Shown here piece by piece: positions 1 to 9,646 of a stretch of 55,236 nt of DNA; position 1 is the stretch's first letter, and each line of letters opens with the position of its first letter. Source of the stretch: a virus (Duplodnaviria; Caudoviricetes); the IMG/VR virus record IMGVR_UViG_3300014658_000002, positions 1 through 55,236 of that record. One strand, 5' to 3'. Position numbers and translations under genes: made by a program. The notes beneath the pieces were generated by a model. It ran no database searches. It saw only the letters and a program-made list of their open reading frames with translations, and was not told where the DNA came from.

Positions 1-123
1 AAAAGCATCGGACCAAGCACCGAACCCCAGGCATAATCGGGGTTCATCTTGCGAAGTTCATTCCAGTCCTTGACCCCCTGCCAGTCTTTTTCTGCCTGTG
101 TCACCGGATTCCAAATGATAGGG
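1..123. repeat. Terminal direct repeat copy 1 (identical to 55114-55236); circular-assembly overlap
   Basis: First 123 nt (AAAAGCATCGGACC...ATGATAGGG) match the last 123 nt; a reading frame runs through the junction. Confidence 0.95.
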
Positions 124-419
124 TTCTGATCTGTCCCAGGAAGAGGGCTGGCAACCAGGTTGACGATTCCACTTCCTATACCCTTGAATGCTTCTACGCC
201 TCGCGCAGCATAACCTCGCAGCGTGTTGGGGTCAAATTCCGAAGGATTGGCACTCTCGTTCTTTGCTGCGAATATGCGGGATAACGGCTTTTCCGGGGGC
301 TTCACACCGGGAGACAACTGCCTCGCGTGCTCAGACTCTTCGGTCGTAACATTCTGCCAATCGTTTGGTTCTACTGTCTTCCAGTCATTTACTGGCGTGG
401 GGGTTGGCCGGGTGCCCAT
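1..419 (-). CDS. 5' part of a junction-spanning ~455-aa protein (continues 55113->54165); probable internal virion/ejection protein
   Basis: GGAGG RBS before ATG at 419 (MGTRPTPTPVNDWKTVEPNDWQ...); frame stays open into the 54165..55217 ORF; follows two other ejection-like genes. Confidence 0.75.
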   Translation of the reverse strand, partial: MGTRPTPTPVNDWKTVEPNDWQNVTTEESEHARQLSPGVKPPEKPLSRIFAAKNESANPSEFDPNTLRGYAARGVEAFKGIGSGIVNLVASPLPGTDQNPIIWNPVTQAEKDWQGVKDWNELRKMNPDYAWGSVLGPML

Positions 420-2158
420 GTTTTACCTCCGTCCGTCGAATAGCGATACTGTCCAGTGCTCGGGGAATGCTGGACGATTACCTTCCCCTGAGTCTTCTTG
501 CCCTTCTGCTTCCCTACGTCCTCTTCGCGCTTGTCAAGCCACGCCAAGGCCCGTGAATTGTCGGGCATCGCATTAAGGCCAACACGGACCTGCCGGCCAA
601 TCGTCTGCATCTTCGTCAAGTAGCTTTCCGAGTCTGGGGTTCCTGAAAGGCCGATGAGAGGAAGTTCGTTCTGGATCGACTTGACGCTGAATCTAGCCGG
701 TGACTGCCCTGTTGCGGAACGGGAGCCGATAATATCGGCCATCGACGCAATAGCCGTATCGAAGTATTCGCGTTCCTGTTGAGTCATCTGCGTTCCGGTC
801 GACTGTTGCGCTCCCGCTTCGGCTTGTGCCCTGAAGTTTGCCCATCCCGCCGCAGTGCCAAGAGTCTGAATAATGCCAGGATTAGAGATTTCTCCCATGC
901 TTTGATCAAGCAGTTTAAATGCCTCGCCAAGAACCTGTTGCGCGTGTTGGTCATTTGCCAGCGAAGCGAATTGAACCATCGAAGGAGCTTGCGGATTTTG
1001 CGGATCACCATACAGACCAAGCAAAGCGGATACAGCGGGTTGAGACTTTCGAGCCGCTGCCGCGTTCTGGGGGGTCATATTCTGAATGTTGGGAAGTATA
1101 CTCTTGCCGCGACCAACATCCACCTTTCCCTGTAGGCTTTGCGTCACTTTTCCTTGCGGTCGAGTATGAAGTGTCGGCTCACCTTTCGGGACAGGCCCCT
1201 GTGGCGCTGTAGACGGTATTCTGCTGTTCTGCGGGACAACCGTGCTTGTCCCCGTCACAACCTGACCTCCCCCGGGGGCCGTCTGCGTGCGCGTTGTCGA
1301 AGTAGGTACCCGCACTGGACCAAGCGATGGCGCTTCTGGGTTAGGGCCGCCTACGGAAGGCTCTAGCATCCTTTGATTCCCCGCTGTTTCATAGCGCCCC
1401 TTATCCGTTCCGACCGTCCAATATGACTTTCCACCCCCAAGGTATACGGGGATTAGAACTGATCCTTCTGGAAGCTTCGAGAGATCAATAGGATTTCCAT
1501 CTTCCCCGCTAAATTGCACGCCCTGATCCGCCATCGACGATGCAGTCTTGAGGTTCATTGCACCGGCATAATACGGTACGGGGCGAGAAGAACTTCCCTT
1601 CGCCGCCGCTCCCTCATTTCTCAATATCTGCAAGCGGTAGTCTTCTGCCTCTTTCCTTCCCTCTGGAGTCAATGCATATGGCAAAGCGCCAATCGCATAT
1701 TCCCCAGCCATCGCATTCGTCTGGCCGGCGTACTTCTTGGCGTTTTCAGCGCGAAATTGTGCGACGTGGTTCTTCAGGTGGTTGGTGATATGAAGACTAT
1801 CGAGCAGGTTCCCTATTCCAGCCTCTACCGGATTCGCGCCTTGAGGTTTCTGTCCGTAGAGTTGACGCATCTGGCCGATGGTTTGCGTCATGCGGTCGAG
1901 GGTCTGTCTGTACTCGTTTTCCTTGCCAGCTAAAGGCTTGGACGGATCATCGGGGTTGGCGTAGAGAGCGAGGCGTGTTTGGTCGGCACGCAATGCTTGC
2001 TGGAGAGGCGCCAGAGCCATCGATCTGGCGCGCTCATGCTCCTGCGCTTGCGTACCCGACCATCCAGCCGCAAACCTGTTTCCCGCGCTGCGAGTATCCT
2101 TCCACGGCACAGGAGCTTCATTAACGGTATTTCCAGAGCTTCCCATTATTGATCCCAC
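389..2158 (-). CDS. Probable DNA ejection/internal virion protein (589 aa)
   Basis: Long Gln/Ala/Gly-rich ORF downstream of the tail genes; position typical of podovirus ejection proteins; function from synteny only. Confidence 0.6.
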   Translation of the reverse strand: MGSIMGSSGNTVNEAPVPWKDTRSAGNRFAAGWSGTQAQEHERARSMALAPLQQALRADQTRLALYANPDDPSKPLAGKENEYRQTLDRMTQTIGQMRQLYGQKPQGANPVEAGIGNLLDSLHITNHLKNHVAQFRAENAKKYAGQTNAMAGEYAIGALPYALTPEGRKEAEDYRLQILRNEGAAAKGSSSRPVPYYAGAMNLKTASSMADQGVQFSGEDGNPIDLSKLPEGSVLIPVYLGGGKSYWTVGTDKGRYETAGNQRMLEPSVGGPNPEAPSLGPVRVPTSTTRTQTAPGGGQVVTGTSTVVPQNSRIPSTAPQGPVPKGEPTLHTRPQGKVTQSLQGKVDVGRGKSILPNIQNMTPQNAAAARKSQPAVSALLGLYGDPQNPQAPSMVQFASLANDQHAQQVLGEAFKLLDQSMGEISNPGIIQTLGTAAGWANFRAQAEAGAQQSTGTQMTQQEREYFDTAIASMADIIGSRSATGQSPARFSVKSIQNELPLIGLSGTPDSESYLTKMQTIGRQVRVGLNAMPDNSRALAWLDKREEDVGKQKGKKTQGKVIVQHSPSTGQYRYSTDGGKTWAPGQPPRQ

Positions 2159-2814
2159 CCAGCGCTAAAGTCTCCACTGCCGCCGCTAAACATGTCAGAA
2201 GAGACGCCGGCTGAAGTTCCCACACCGCGCAACCCTCCTCCTAACGCACCAGCAATACCGCCGCCGGCCATTGCCCCAGACGCCGCTCCAGCAGCCGTAG
2301 ACCCAATTCCACTGATAAGATCATTGAATTGCGCTAATCTCTGCTGCTGTTCAGTATTGTTCTGATTGAACACGTCGTTGTAGCCGCTCATGCTCTGCCC
2401 GAGAAGGTTGCTGCCGAGAGATGCACCCTGCCCGATAGCCCCCGAAGTCAGCGAGGAAATCATGTCGTTCACGCTCGACCGCGCCGTATCCATAGTGTTC
2501 TGATTTGAGGCGTTCGTGCCGCCAGACCGGGCTCCGAAGGTTGCATTTGTCTGCGTCTTCTCGTTGGCCTGCTTGGAAATCGCACCAATCTGCGGAGCGA
2601 GCAGTTTGGCAATATCTGACTGATTCCCGCTCAGTAGTCCGTTGATGAGCGCGGAAGAGTTCGAGAGCAGACCTTCACCCACCGAGCCAGAGAAGCCAGA
2701 CTCTCCCGTCAGCGCGTTGGTTGCTCCTGTCTCGCCGCCCGATGGACCCATATCTACGCCGAAGAATCCGTCTTCGTTGCGCCAAAGCTCGATAAGGAAT
2801 GCTTTCAGGTTCAT
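2146..2814 (-). CDS. Probable pilot/ejection protein, Gly/Ser/Ala-rich
   Basis: AGAAAGGGAA RBS; low-complexity G/S/A sequence with C-terminal glycine-zipper-like hydrophobic segment. Confidence 0.6.
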   Translation of the reverse strand: MNLKAFLIELWRNEDGFFGVDMGPSGGETGATNALTGESGFSGSVGEGLLSNSSALINGLLSGNQSDIAKLLAPQIGAISKQANEKTQTNATFGARSGGTNASNQNTMDTARSSVNDMISSLTSGAIGQGASLGSNLLGQSMSGYNDVFNQNNTEQQQRLAQFNDLISGIGSTAAGAASGAMAGGGIAGALGGGLRGVGTSAGVSSDMFSGGSGDFSAGWDQ

Positions 2815-2824
2815 GGTTCCCTTT

Positions 2825-3664
2825 CTAGGTCGCTGGCGTCTGAGCGATTAAGATGCCGTTCTGGAATTGCATCGACCCCTGCGTCCCCAAGGCTGTCAAG
2901 GCTGCCGTAGTTATTGTGACACTTAATCCGGTCGGTGTCGCCTGAGAAAAGTTTCCTGTTGTGGCGTCATACCCGGTCAGGAACTCTCCCGCCACAGGAG
3001 CAATGGTATTGGCAAGTTGCGGAGTTCCCGTCAGATCGCTGTAGTCGGGTTGAGCGGCAGAGAATACTCCGGTAGCCGCGTCATAGGCCGTCAGAAATTG
3101 ATGCAAGATTGCACTAAAAGTGACCGGGACAATCGGCATCGTGAATGCAAACCAGTTCGTCCCGTCAAACGCGACAAGGGTTCCATAGGCGGGCAGGAGT
3201 GGCATGGAGGACGCTGCCGGATGTCCCGCGTAAGAGATGGTCCCTGTCACCGGGGTAAGGGTCGCCGTACCCCCACCAAGCGCAGACTGGTTTGCGATAA
3301 AGCATGACCATGGAGGCGATTGTGATGTGAGGGACACAGCAATAGGCGAAGCGTCCGAGAGCACAATCAATGCTCCGTCATCCGTGCTTGCCGTCGCATA
3401 GGAGGTCGAACTTGACTGATTGTTGATCGGAACTCCACCGGGGGAAGCGGGGGTAATAGTTCCACCGCCACCAGACCCTCCACCCTCAACAATCGTTGTC
3501 GATGCCCCTGCCTTGAGGGAATTGATTTTCTCCTGCTGAAGTCCAAAAGCTACCGCGTGATTGTTGAGCTTCTGGAAAGCGAGTGTAAGGAGGCGATGAA
3601 CCTCTTCAGGCTTCGGCTCTGCCGAGACTTTGGGAATCCAACCGGTAATGGGAGGTGTACTCAT
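2825..3664 (-). CDS. Short tail fibre/needle-like structural protein
   Basis: N-terminal helical segment, poly-Gly linker, beta-rich domain, duplicated FLT(A/G)YDA(A/T)TGxFSxA motif. Confidence 0.6.
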   Translation of the reverse strand: MSTPPITGWIPKVSAEPKPEEVHRLLTLAFQKLNNHAVAFGLQQEKINSLKAGASTTIVEGGGSGGGGTITPASPGGVPINNQSSSTSYATASTDDGALIVLSDASPIAVSLTSQSPPWSCFIANQSALGGGTATLTPVTGTISYAGHPAASSMPLLPAYGTLVAFDGTNWFAFTMPIVPVTFSAILHQFLTAYDAATGVFSAAQPDYSDLTGTPQLANTIAPVAGEFLTGYDATTGNFSQATPTGLSVTITTAALTALGTQGSMQFQNGILIAQTPAT

Positions 3665-6600
3665 AATTTAGCGCCTCCAGAGGAATCGCCGCCGAATGGA
3701 TTGATTTTCCTCGTAGACCTTCCCCAACCCATGATCCATGCCTCCATCCCTTCCGCAAAGGAATAGAACGGGCTTGCCGATGTTGCGGAAAATCCTATCA
3801 GTTTCCATTTATTCGGCGTTACGGAGAAAAATGCTTTAGTCTGCACTCCTCCGGTTGATGGAAGAGTGATCGCCGTGGGAGGTATACTGTCATTCCCTCC
3901 GTCCACGGTGAACGTCAGGGTTATAGCCTCCGCCGCATAGTATTCGATATTCAAATAAAGAAGCGCCTGCCATCCCGCGCCTCCCCACGAAGTCACTTCC
4001 GTGGTCCATATCGCGGCTTTTTCCGGGTACGGCTCGAACACCCACTCACTTTGTCCCTGCCCAACTCCCCCGTACCATATGCGAGCTGCGGATTGAGGAA
4101 CAAGTTGAATATCATGCGCCTCAAATGGAGTCCACGAAAATACCAGCGTTTGCTTGCCGTTAAATGTACCAGTGAACGTTGGTCCCGTTTGTCCGCCATC
4201 GAACAAGACCTGAAAGGTAACTGGTTCGTTCCCGGTATCGGCAATCAGCTTTACTCCCTGCATGAATTTGTTGTCCGGGCCACCCATCTCCATGATCGGA
4301 GTGTATGCTTTGGTGATTTCAGGATAAGGGTCGCTAATCCACTGAACAGACCAGTTTTCGTCTGGAGCCCGCCGCCATGCTACCCCATCGTTGCTGATTA
4401 TTCTTCCGATATGCGATACAAATGGAGGATTGAAGCTCAAGCCTACCTTTTGCTGCCCATTAAGGGTGATAGGAGACTCTTGCGGAACGTGAAGATTGCC
4501 GAACTCATCCTCCACGGCAAAACTCTTGGCAGCATTGAATGTATCCGCTTCCAAGACGAGGCCGCGCACATAGTTGCTCCCTGCTGATCCGAGGTCCATC
4601 CACGCTGTCGGCCTGTCATTGATCGAATCCGGCAGAAGCTGGGACCAATACGGTTGCCACCATTCGACGATGTTTCCGCTTCCGACTGGCCAGCTTAACT
4701 GAGCGGCAACATCGAGCAAGTCCGATCCGTCGCCGGGAGTGAAGTCCACCACGTAAGGAGTTGACGTTCCAGTTCCGGTTAGAGATGTTGGCGAGAAACC
4801 GCTCAATAGCGATGAGTAGAGATCCTTATAAAGAGCGAGCGCCACCGGATTAGATGTTGCCACTGTCGCCTTGACAAGCACATCTCCAAGTCTTTTTTGC
4901 GCTCGTAATTCTCCCGCGTTGATACATGGCGTGCTGACTACGGCTGTGGCTGTTTCTGTGCCAGCTGTATCGAATGCCCTAATCGTCCCATCTGTGCAAC
5001 CGACAAGGATCTGATTGATCCCCACGGGGAGAGCATGGCAATTCACCTGAGGCGTGTAGGCGTCAACAATCCATCCCTTTGCTTCCATGTCAAAAACAAG
5101 GGAGCGAGGCGTGCCTGTTGTGTCCTGATAGTCGTAGAAGATGTATCCGGGCACGCAAGTGACGGTCTGCGCTTTCGTTTTTGTGTCGTCCGGCGGGTAA
5201 ATCGTCTTGTCTCCAATGACGACTGGCGACGGTCCTTCCGGCTCGCCGTGCGGAAACAGGTTATAGATGTTCGCAGAAATATCCTGTTCCGGTCCTCCAC
5301 CTTGTGAAATGAAAATGCCATCTTTCGCCCTCCATGCCAGCAACGCTCCTAGTCCGCCCAAAGCATACCGCATGAACAGCCCACGAGTCGCCGCTGCCTG
5401 TACGGGGGTCCACAAAGGTCCCGTGGTGCCTGTGACGGTCGCTACAGCATCGGAGAAGTTCGGATAGAGCAGCCAGAATCGTTCCGGCGAGAATACGACG
5501 TGCAACTCTGAGGTGACAATGCCGTTCTGCAATCCCTCCGAAGGCGAGCAGATGTAAAGCCTTTGCGAAGATGGAGCAGAATCGAAGTTATTTCCGAGAG
5601 ACGTAAGCAGGTCGCCAGGATTCAGCGGGTCAAGGCCCATCATGAACGAACCGCCGCCCGAATCAGGAGTAGGACCCCAAATGACAGGTGAAGGCTCCGC
5701 AGCCAGGTCAGGCGCGATGATCTGCCAGGTCAATCCTGTGCCGGCGGGCGGAAAGCCGAAGGTGATGAATCCCGTATCCGTCACCGTCGTGTTGTAGACC
5801 AGCATGTGTGTAGTGTCGGTGGGCCGGTTGTAGAGCAAGTACCCAATCTGCGCTCCCGTTGAGTCGGCAATCAGAATGGCCGTTCCCGGTAGCCAGCGCA
5901 CATTGAAAATGTCTCCACTCACCCACTGCACATTTGGCACAAGAGGCAAAATTGGGCTGATGGTTGCTGAAAGTGTTCCCGGAGTCCCACCCTCCGCCAC
6001 AGTGAAGGTAGGAATAGAGGTATAGCCGCTCCCCATGCTTGTTACGGTAGCAGTCGTAATGACTCCACCCGCAATGACAATCTGGACTACTGCCCCTGTT
6101 CCTCCTCCCCCACTTGATGGAATGTTGTATGTTCCGTTTGTCTGTCCCGAGCCGGGAGATGTAATTCCGACCGCCGTCACTTCCTGACTCACCCCTAAGA
6201 CATTGCATGTCCCCGAGCGAGGAAGATCGATGGAGGGGAATGGCTCGTAATTGTTGTAATTCAGGATTGGGTTATTGGCGATGGTCAGGTCGCTCAAGGT
6301 ATCAGTAAATGATCCAGACCCGGAATTGGCAACCGACAGCGTGTAGGTAAAGTTGTCGAGTCCGGGCGTTTGGCGGTACACATCGATGGTATCGACTTGA
6401 GGATCAAGAGAAAGCGTGCAGGTTCCGGTTGCGGAGAAATTCGCATAGTAGACCGTGACCGTCCACGTGTAGAAAAATGACCGATTTGTGCCGCCCGATT
6501 CTTCCGTCAATACCTGAATGCCGAATCCGAATGTTGAATCGTTGACGACATCAGGAGTGAGAATAGCACCCCACACATCGGAAGCGCCTCCCTGAACAGT

Positions 6601-7554
6601 GGTCTGGATTGTTTGCGTATTGATTGTTCCCGGAGACTTAATCTGACCTATCACCGCGCCTTGATAGAACAAGGCCACGTTTGAGAGAACTCCAGTTCCA
6701 TTTTGCTGGCCATTCCATGTCACCGATACGCTGACACCGGTAATCTGCGATCCGGTCGGGACCGTTCCTACGAGTCCCGGCAAATCTTTTGCAATGATGT
6801 AGTCGGTAAGCGTCCCAGAAGCGATGCCCTGAGTGCGGAGTTGCGTGTCTGAAACTGCTGTTTGGTATTGAGACGTATTAAAACTGATGTATGTCGCATA
6901 GCTCGGGTCCATGGTGTAGGAGCCAGCCTGCGAAGCCAGTTGCACCTGGATAGGAACAGACTCAGGCGAAGGATTGGAAAGAGCGCCTGTGATCTTCGAG
7001 CGATAGAGGTAACGATACGTTACCCAGTAGGGACTCGCAGCGCTCGACACATTGACGACAGGAGCGTTCTGGGGCTCCTTGATGCCTATCTTGTAGCACG
7101 TTCCATCCGACCGCACCTTGAGCATTCCACATACAGGACCATAGCCAGACGCCGTGTAGGACGGAATGGTGACCGCTAGAGACGGATCGGCAATGTAGTC
7201 CCATGGCTGAGGACTGTCTGGCGGACGATATGGGAGAAAGGAAAGCGGATTCGTACTCAGGCCGGATGCGACTTGCGTCGTGCCAACGTAGAGGCTTCCA
7301 TTGGACCCCGAGAGATACGCATAGCCTGGTGAGAGGTTGTAGGGGTCATTCAAGCGGGCAACAGAGGTAATCCCGTTGGCGAGAGGAGAAGCAAGGAGGT
7401 TGGAGCCCAGAGGATACCGGGCCACGGTCATCGACTTGCGGTTGCGCCGGACATTCTGGAGATAGGCCCACCCGCCACCATTCGCCTCAATTTGGTCAGG
7501 CGAACTGACGGTATTGATACCTCCCGCAATGTCCAGACGAATTCCGTTTTCCAT
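3661..7554 (-). CDS. Large tail/stabilisation (nozzle-like) structural protein, 1297 aa
   Basis: Size, beta-rich composition, N-terminal GGINT...YLQNVR pattern reminiscent of podovirus tail tubular/stabilisation proteins, position. Confidence 0.65.
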   Translation of the reverse strand: MENGIRLDIAGGINTVSSPDQIEANGGGWAYLQNVRRNRKSMTVARYPLGSNLLASPLANGITSVARLNDPYNLSPGYAYLSGSNGSLYVGTTQVASGLSTNPLSFLPYRPPDSPQPWDYIADPSLAVTIPSYTASGYGPVCGMLKVRSDGTCYKIGIKEPQNAPVVNVSSAASPYWVTYRYLYRSKITGALSNPSPESVPIQVQLASQAGSYTMDPSYATYISFNTSQYQTAVSDTQLRTQGIASGTLTDYIIAKDLPGLVGTVPTGSQITGVSVSVTWNGQQNGTGVLSNVALFYQGAVIGQIKSPGTINTQTIQTTVQGGASDVWGAILTPDVVNDSTFGFGIQVLTEESGGTNRSFFYTWTVTVYYANFSATGTCTLSLDPQVDTIDVYRQTPGLDNFTYTLSVANSGSGSFTDTLSDLTIANNPILNYNNYEPFPSIDLPRSGTCNVLGVSQEVTAVGITSPGSGQTNGTYNIPSSGGGGTGAVVQIVIAGGVITTATVTSMGSGYTSIPTFTVAEGGTPGTLSATISPILPLVPNVQWVSGDIFNVRWLPGTAILIADSTGAQIGYLLYNRPTDTTHMLVYNTTVTDTGFITFGFPPAGTGLTWQIIAPDLAAEPSPVIWGPTPDSGGGSFMMGLDPLNPGDLLTSLGNNFDSAPSSQRLYICSPSEGLQNGIVTSELHVVFSPERFWLLYPNFSDAVATVTGTTGPLWTPVQAAATRGLFMRYALGGLGALLAWRAKDGIFISQGGGPEQDISANIYNLFPHGEPEGPSPVVIGDKTIYPPDDTKTKAQTVTCVPGYIFYDYQDTTGTPRSLVFDMEAKGWIVDAYTPQVNCHALPVGINQILVGCTDGTIRAFDTAGTETATAVVSTPCINAGELRAQKRLGDVLVKATVATSNPVALALYKDLYSSLLSGFSPTSLTGTGTSTPYVVDFTPGDGSDLLDVAAQLSWPVGSGNIVEWWQPYWSQLLPDSINDRPTAWMDLGSAGSNYVRGLVLEADTFNAAKSFAVEDEFGNLHVPQESPITLNGQQKVGLSFNPPFVSHIGRIISNDGVAWRRAPDENWSVQWISDPYPEITKAYTPIMEMGGPDNKFMQGVKLIADTGNEPVTFQVLFDGGQTGPTFTGTFNGKQTLVFSWTPFEAHDIQLVPQSAARIWYGGVGQGQSEWVFEPYPEKAAIWTTEVTSWGGAGWQALLYLNIEYYAAEAITLTFTVDGGNDSIPPTAITLPSTGGVQTKAFFSVTPNKWKLIGFSATSASPFYSFAEGMEAWIMGWGRSTRKINPFGGDSSGGAKL

Positions 7555-7811
7555 TACTTCCCTTTGCCAGCCTTGCGTTTTGCCGGTTTACGCGCTGCCT
7601 TTGTTGCGCCAGATGTAGGAGAACTCTTCATTGTCGTTCCACGCTTGCGTTCGGCATCTTTACGAAAAGCCTCATTGGCTTCTTTCACCATGCCGGGATC
7701 AGCTTCAGTTTTAGAGCTTGGGGACTTGTATCCCGGCGTTGGAATTTTGTTTGCCGCGCTCTCGAACTTCTGCTCAATCCCCTTCGCCCAATCAATCAAT
7801 GGACTGCTCAT
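7554..7811 (-). CDS. Small protein with Lys/Arg-rich C-terminus
   Basis: Overlaps both neighbours at start/stop; basic tail KAARKPAKRKAGKGK. Confidence 0.7.
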   Translation of the reverse strand: MSSPLIDWAKGIEQKFESAANKIPTPGYKSPSSKTEADPGMVKEANEAFRKDAERKRGTTMKSSPTSGATKAARKPAKRKAGKGK

Positions 7812-8098
7812 CGCTTTCCCCTATCCGCTTTGCCCTTTGCCCGCTTGCCGTGAGTGTACTTCCCGGTACGGCCAGATGATCCCGTACTCTTCATGGATGT
7901 GCCACGATGCTTACGCTTGGCGGCAATCTTGCGCATATTCTCGGCGAAGACAGCCCGTTTCTCTTCGACGCCACCCTTCTTCTTTGCCGCGGCGATTTTC
8001 TTCGGCGTGGCTTTGCCGAACTTCCCCTTAGTCCCCTTCTCTTCCATCTCCGCGTTGGCTTTCTGAATCCATTTCTTCGGCTTGCGTTTCGTCGCCAT
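7808..8098 (-). CDS. Highly basic small protein (possible DNA-condensing core protein)
   Basis: GGGAGGG RBS before ATG 8098 (MATKRKPKKWIQKA...); very Lys/Arg-rich. Confidence 0.7.
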   Translation of the reverse strand: MATKRKPKKWIQKANAEMEEKGTKGKFGKATPKKIAAAKKKGGVEEKRAVFAENMRKIAAKRKHRGTSMKSTGSSGRTGKYTHGKRAKGKADRGKR

Positions 8099-8112
8099 AA
8101 CACCCTCCCGGT

Positions 8113-9612
8113 TCACTGCGTCTCTTGTGTTGACCACCTTGGTTCCTTTATTTCTTGCTTTCGCCCTTCAGAGCGAAGATATTTCACAAAGAGTCCCGAC
8201 TGCGCCCATCTCTTGTTGCGATCCGCGCAGTATTGGTAGAAAGACTTCAGCATGGGCATCGTGGCCTCAAACGCATCATTTCCCAGCTTAAAGCAGGCCA
8301 AATGCTGAGAGTAATCCAGGATGCTCTGCCAGTCGTCCCGAGCCACCTGAACGTAGGTTCCTGTCGGGTCAAGTAGGGGCGCATTTCCGACCACCGTAAC
8401 TGCCAGACTTGTCCCGTTCCCCGGCACTGGGGCAATGAAGTCCATTCCCGCTTCAATCACCGCAGGAAGGTTGTTTTGGGATTGCTGCCAGTTCACCGCC
8501 AGAGCGTCCATATCGGCCAGTGCCGTGACGCTCGATACCTGACCGTTGATGAGTGTCTGGAGGAGCCAGTTCGACTGCTTCATCATTTCCAGACCTTCGG
8601 TGTAACGCTCTAGACAATAGGCCCCTCTTGCGCGGTCCGTCGATTCGGCTTCCTGTCCCAGCACATCCGCCAAAGCCCCATACATCGCCACCATGCTCCA
8701 ATCATCGGGAAGGCCAAGCAAGGAGGCCGTTGGAGGCGCGAACGTCGGCCCGGCATTCAATGCCAAGACCTCAAAGTATCCCGGCGTATTGGGTGCTAGG
8801 TCCACATCGAAAGACAACGGGGGCTCACTTGAAACCGTCCATGACTTCGGAGGGTCAACCGTCTGCAAATAGCCAGGCTCGAAGGATTGGAACGAGATCA
8901 CATCTTCGCGTGTCATCAAGTAGGGCTGAAAGAACTGAACTGTGCCCGATACTGTTCCGCTCGTAGGCAAACTCAGACTCACCGTTGTGCCTGAGACACC
9001 AGTCACGAACGTTCCTGACTGAATCCCTGTTCCTTGGATGACTTGACCCCTCATAATGCCTGCTGCTGAGCCTACAGTGACCGTGGACGAACCGGAGGAC
9101 GCCGCGCCACTGGTAGACGCCACCAGAGACAGGACACGGTTCCTGCGCGGCTCCAGAACCGTGTCAGGGAGGATGTAGCCCGTCCTCACGTTGGGAGTGG
9201 CGTTGATCGGAGAAAGTAGTGCAAGATTGCACGAGGTTGCCTGAATGACTTCCTGCACGCGCTTTTGGAGGGACCATTGAAGATTCTGGAGAGTGAACTG
9301 GCTAGAACCCACCCATGTTCCGGCTGTGGGCGGCGGCTCCAGCAGCATATAGGCCATCTGGTTGTAGAGGTACTGGTCAGTGACCGAGCGCAGACGAGGC
9401 GAACTGGAAAGTGTTCCTGTGTTGATCCATTGGCCATCGGCATTGGTAATGGCAACCGTCTGATTCCACTGCTCACAAAGTCCGTTGAAGTGGCGCAAAC
9501 TCTCGGACAAGTAAATCCACAATTCCGCCGATGGCCACAAGGACCATTGGTTTAGTCGCCCTTGAAGAGCAGCGATAGCGGCCGTTTTTGTGAGCCAGGA
9601 GTACGTTGCCAT
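8113..9612 (-). CDS. Head-tail adaptor-like structural protein with inserted beta domain
   Basis: 499-aa ORF in the virion block; helical N/C regions around an S/T/G-rich insert (SSTVTVGSAAGIMRGQVIQGTGI...). Confidence 0.55.
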   Translation of the reverse strand: MATYSWLTKTAAIAALQGRLNQWSLWPSAELWIYLSESLRHFNGLCEQWNQTVAITNADGQWINTGTLSSSPRLRSVTDQYLYNQMAYMLLEPPPTAGTWVGSSQFTLQNLQWSLQKRVQEVIQATSCNLALLSPINATPNVRTGYILPDTVLEPRRNRVLSLVASTSGAASSGSSTVTVGSAAGIMRGQVIQGTGIQSGTFVTGVSGTTVSLSLPTSGTVSGTVQFFQPYLMTREDVISFQSFEPGYLQTVDPPKSWTVSSEPPLSFDVDLAPNTPGYFEVLALNAGPTFAPPTASLLGLPDDWSMVAMYGALADVLGQEAESTDRARGAYCLERYTEGLEMMKQSNWLLQTLINGQVSSVTALADMDALAVNWQQSQNNLPAVIEAGMDFIAPVPGNGTSLAVTVVGNAPLLDPTGTYVQVARDDWQSILDYSQHLACFKLGNDAFEATMPMLKSFYQYCADRNKRWAQSGLFVKYLRSEGRKQEIKEPRWSTQETQ

Positions 9613-9646
9613 GTTAGTTGATTGTTCCTTATCCCCCTATTGCACT

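Noticed and set aside
7921-7934. Partial palindrome matches (also near 16229, 30867, 31260)
   Set aside because: Three mismatches or an indel; not counted among the 13 copies
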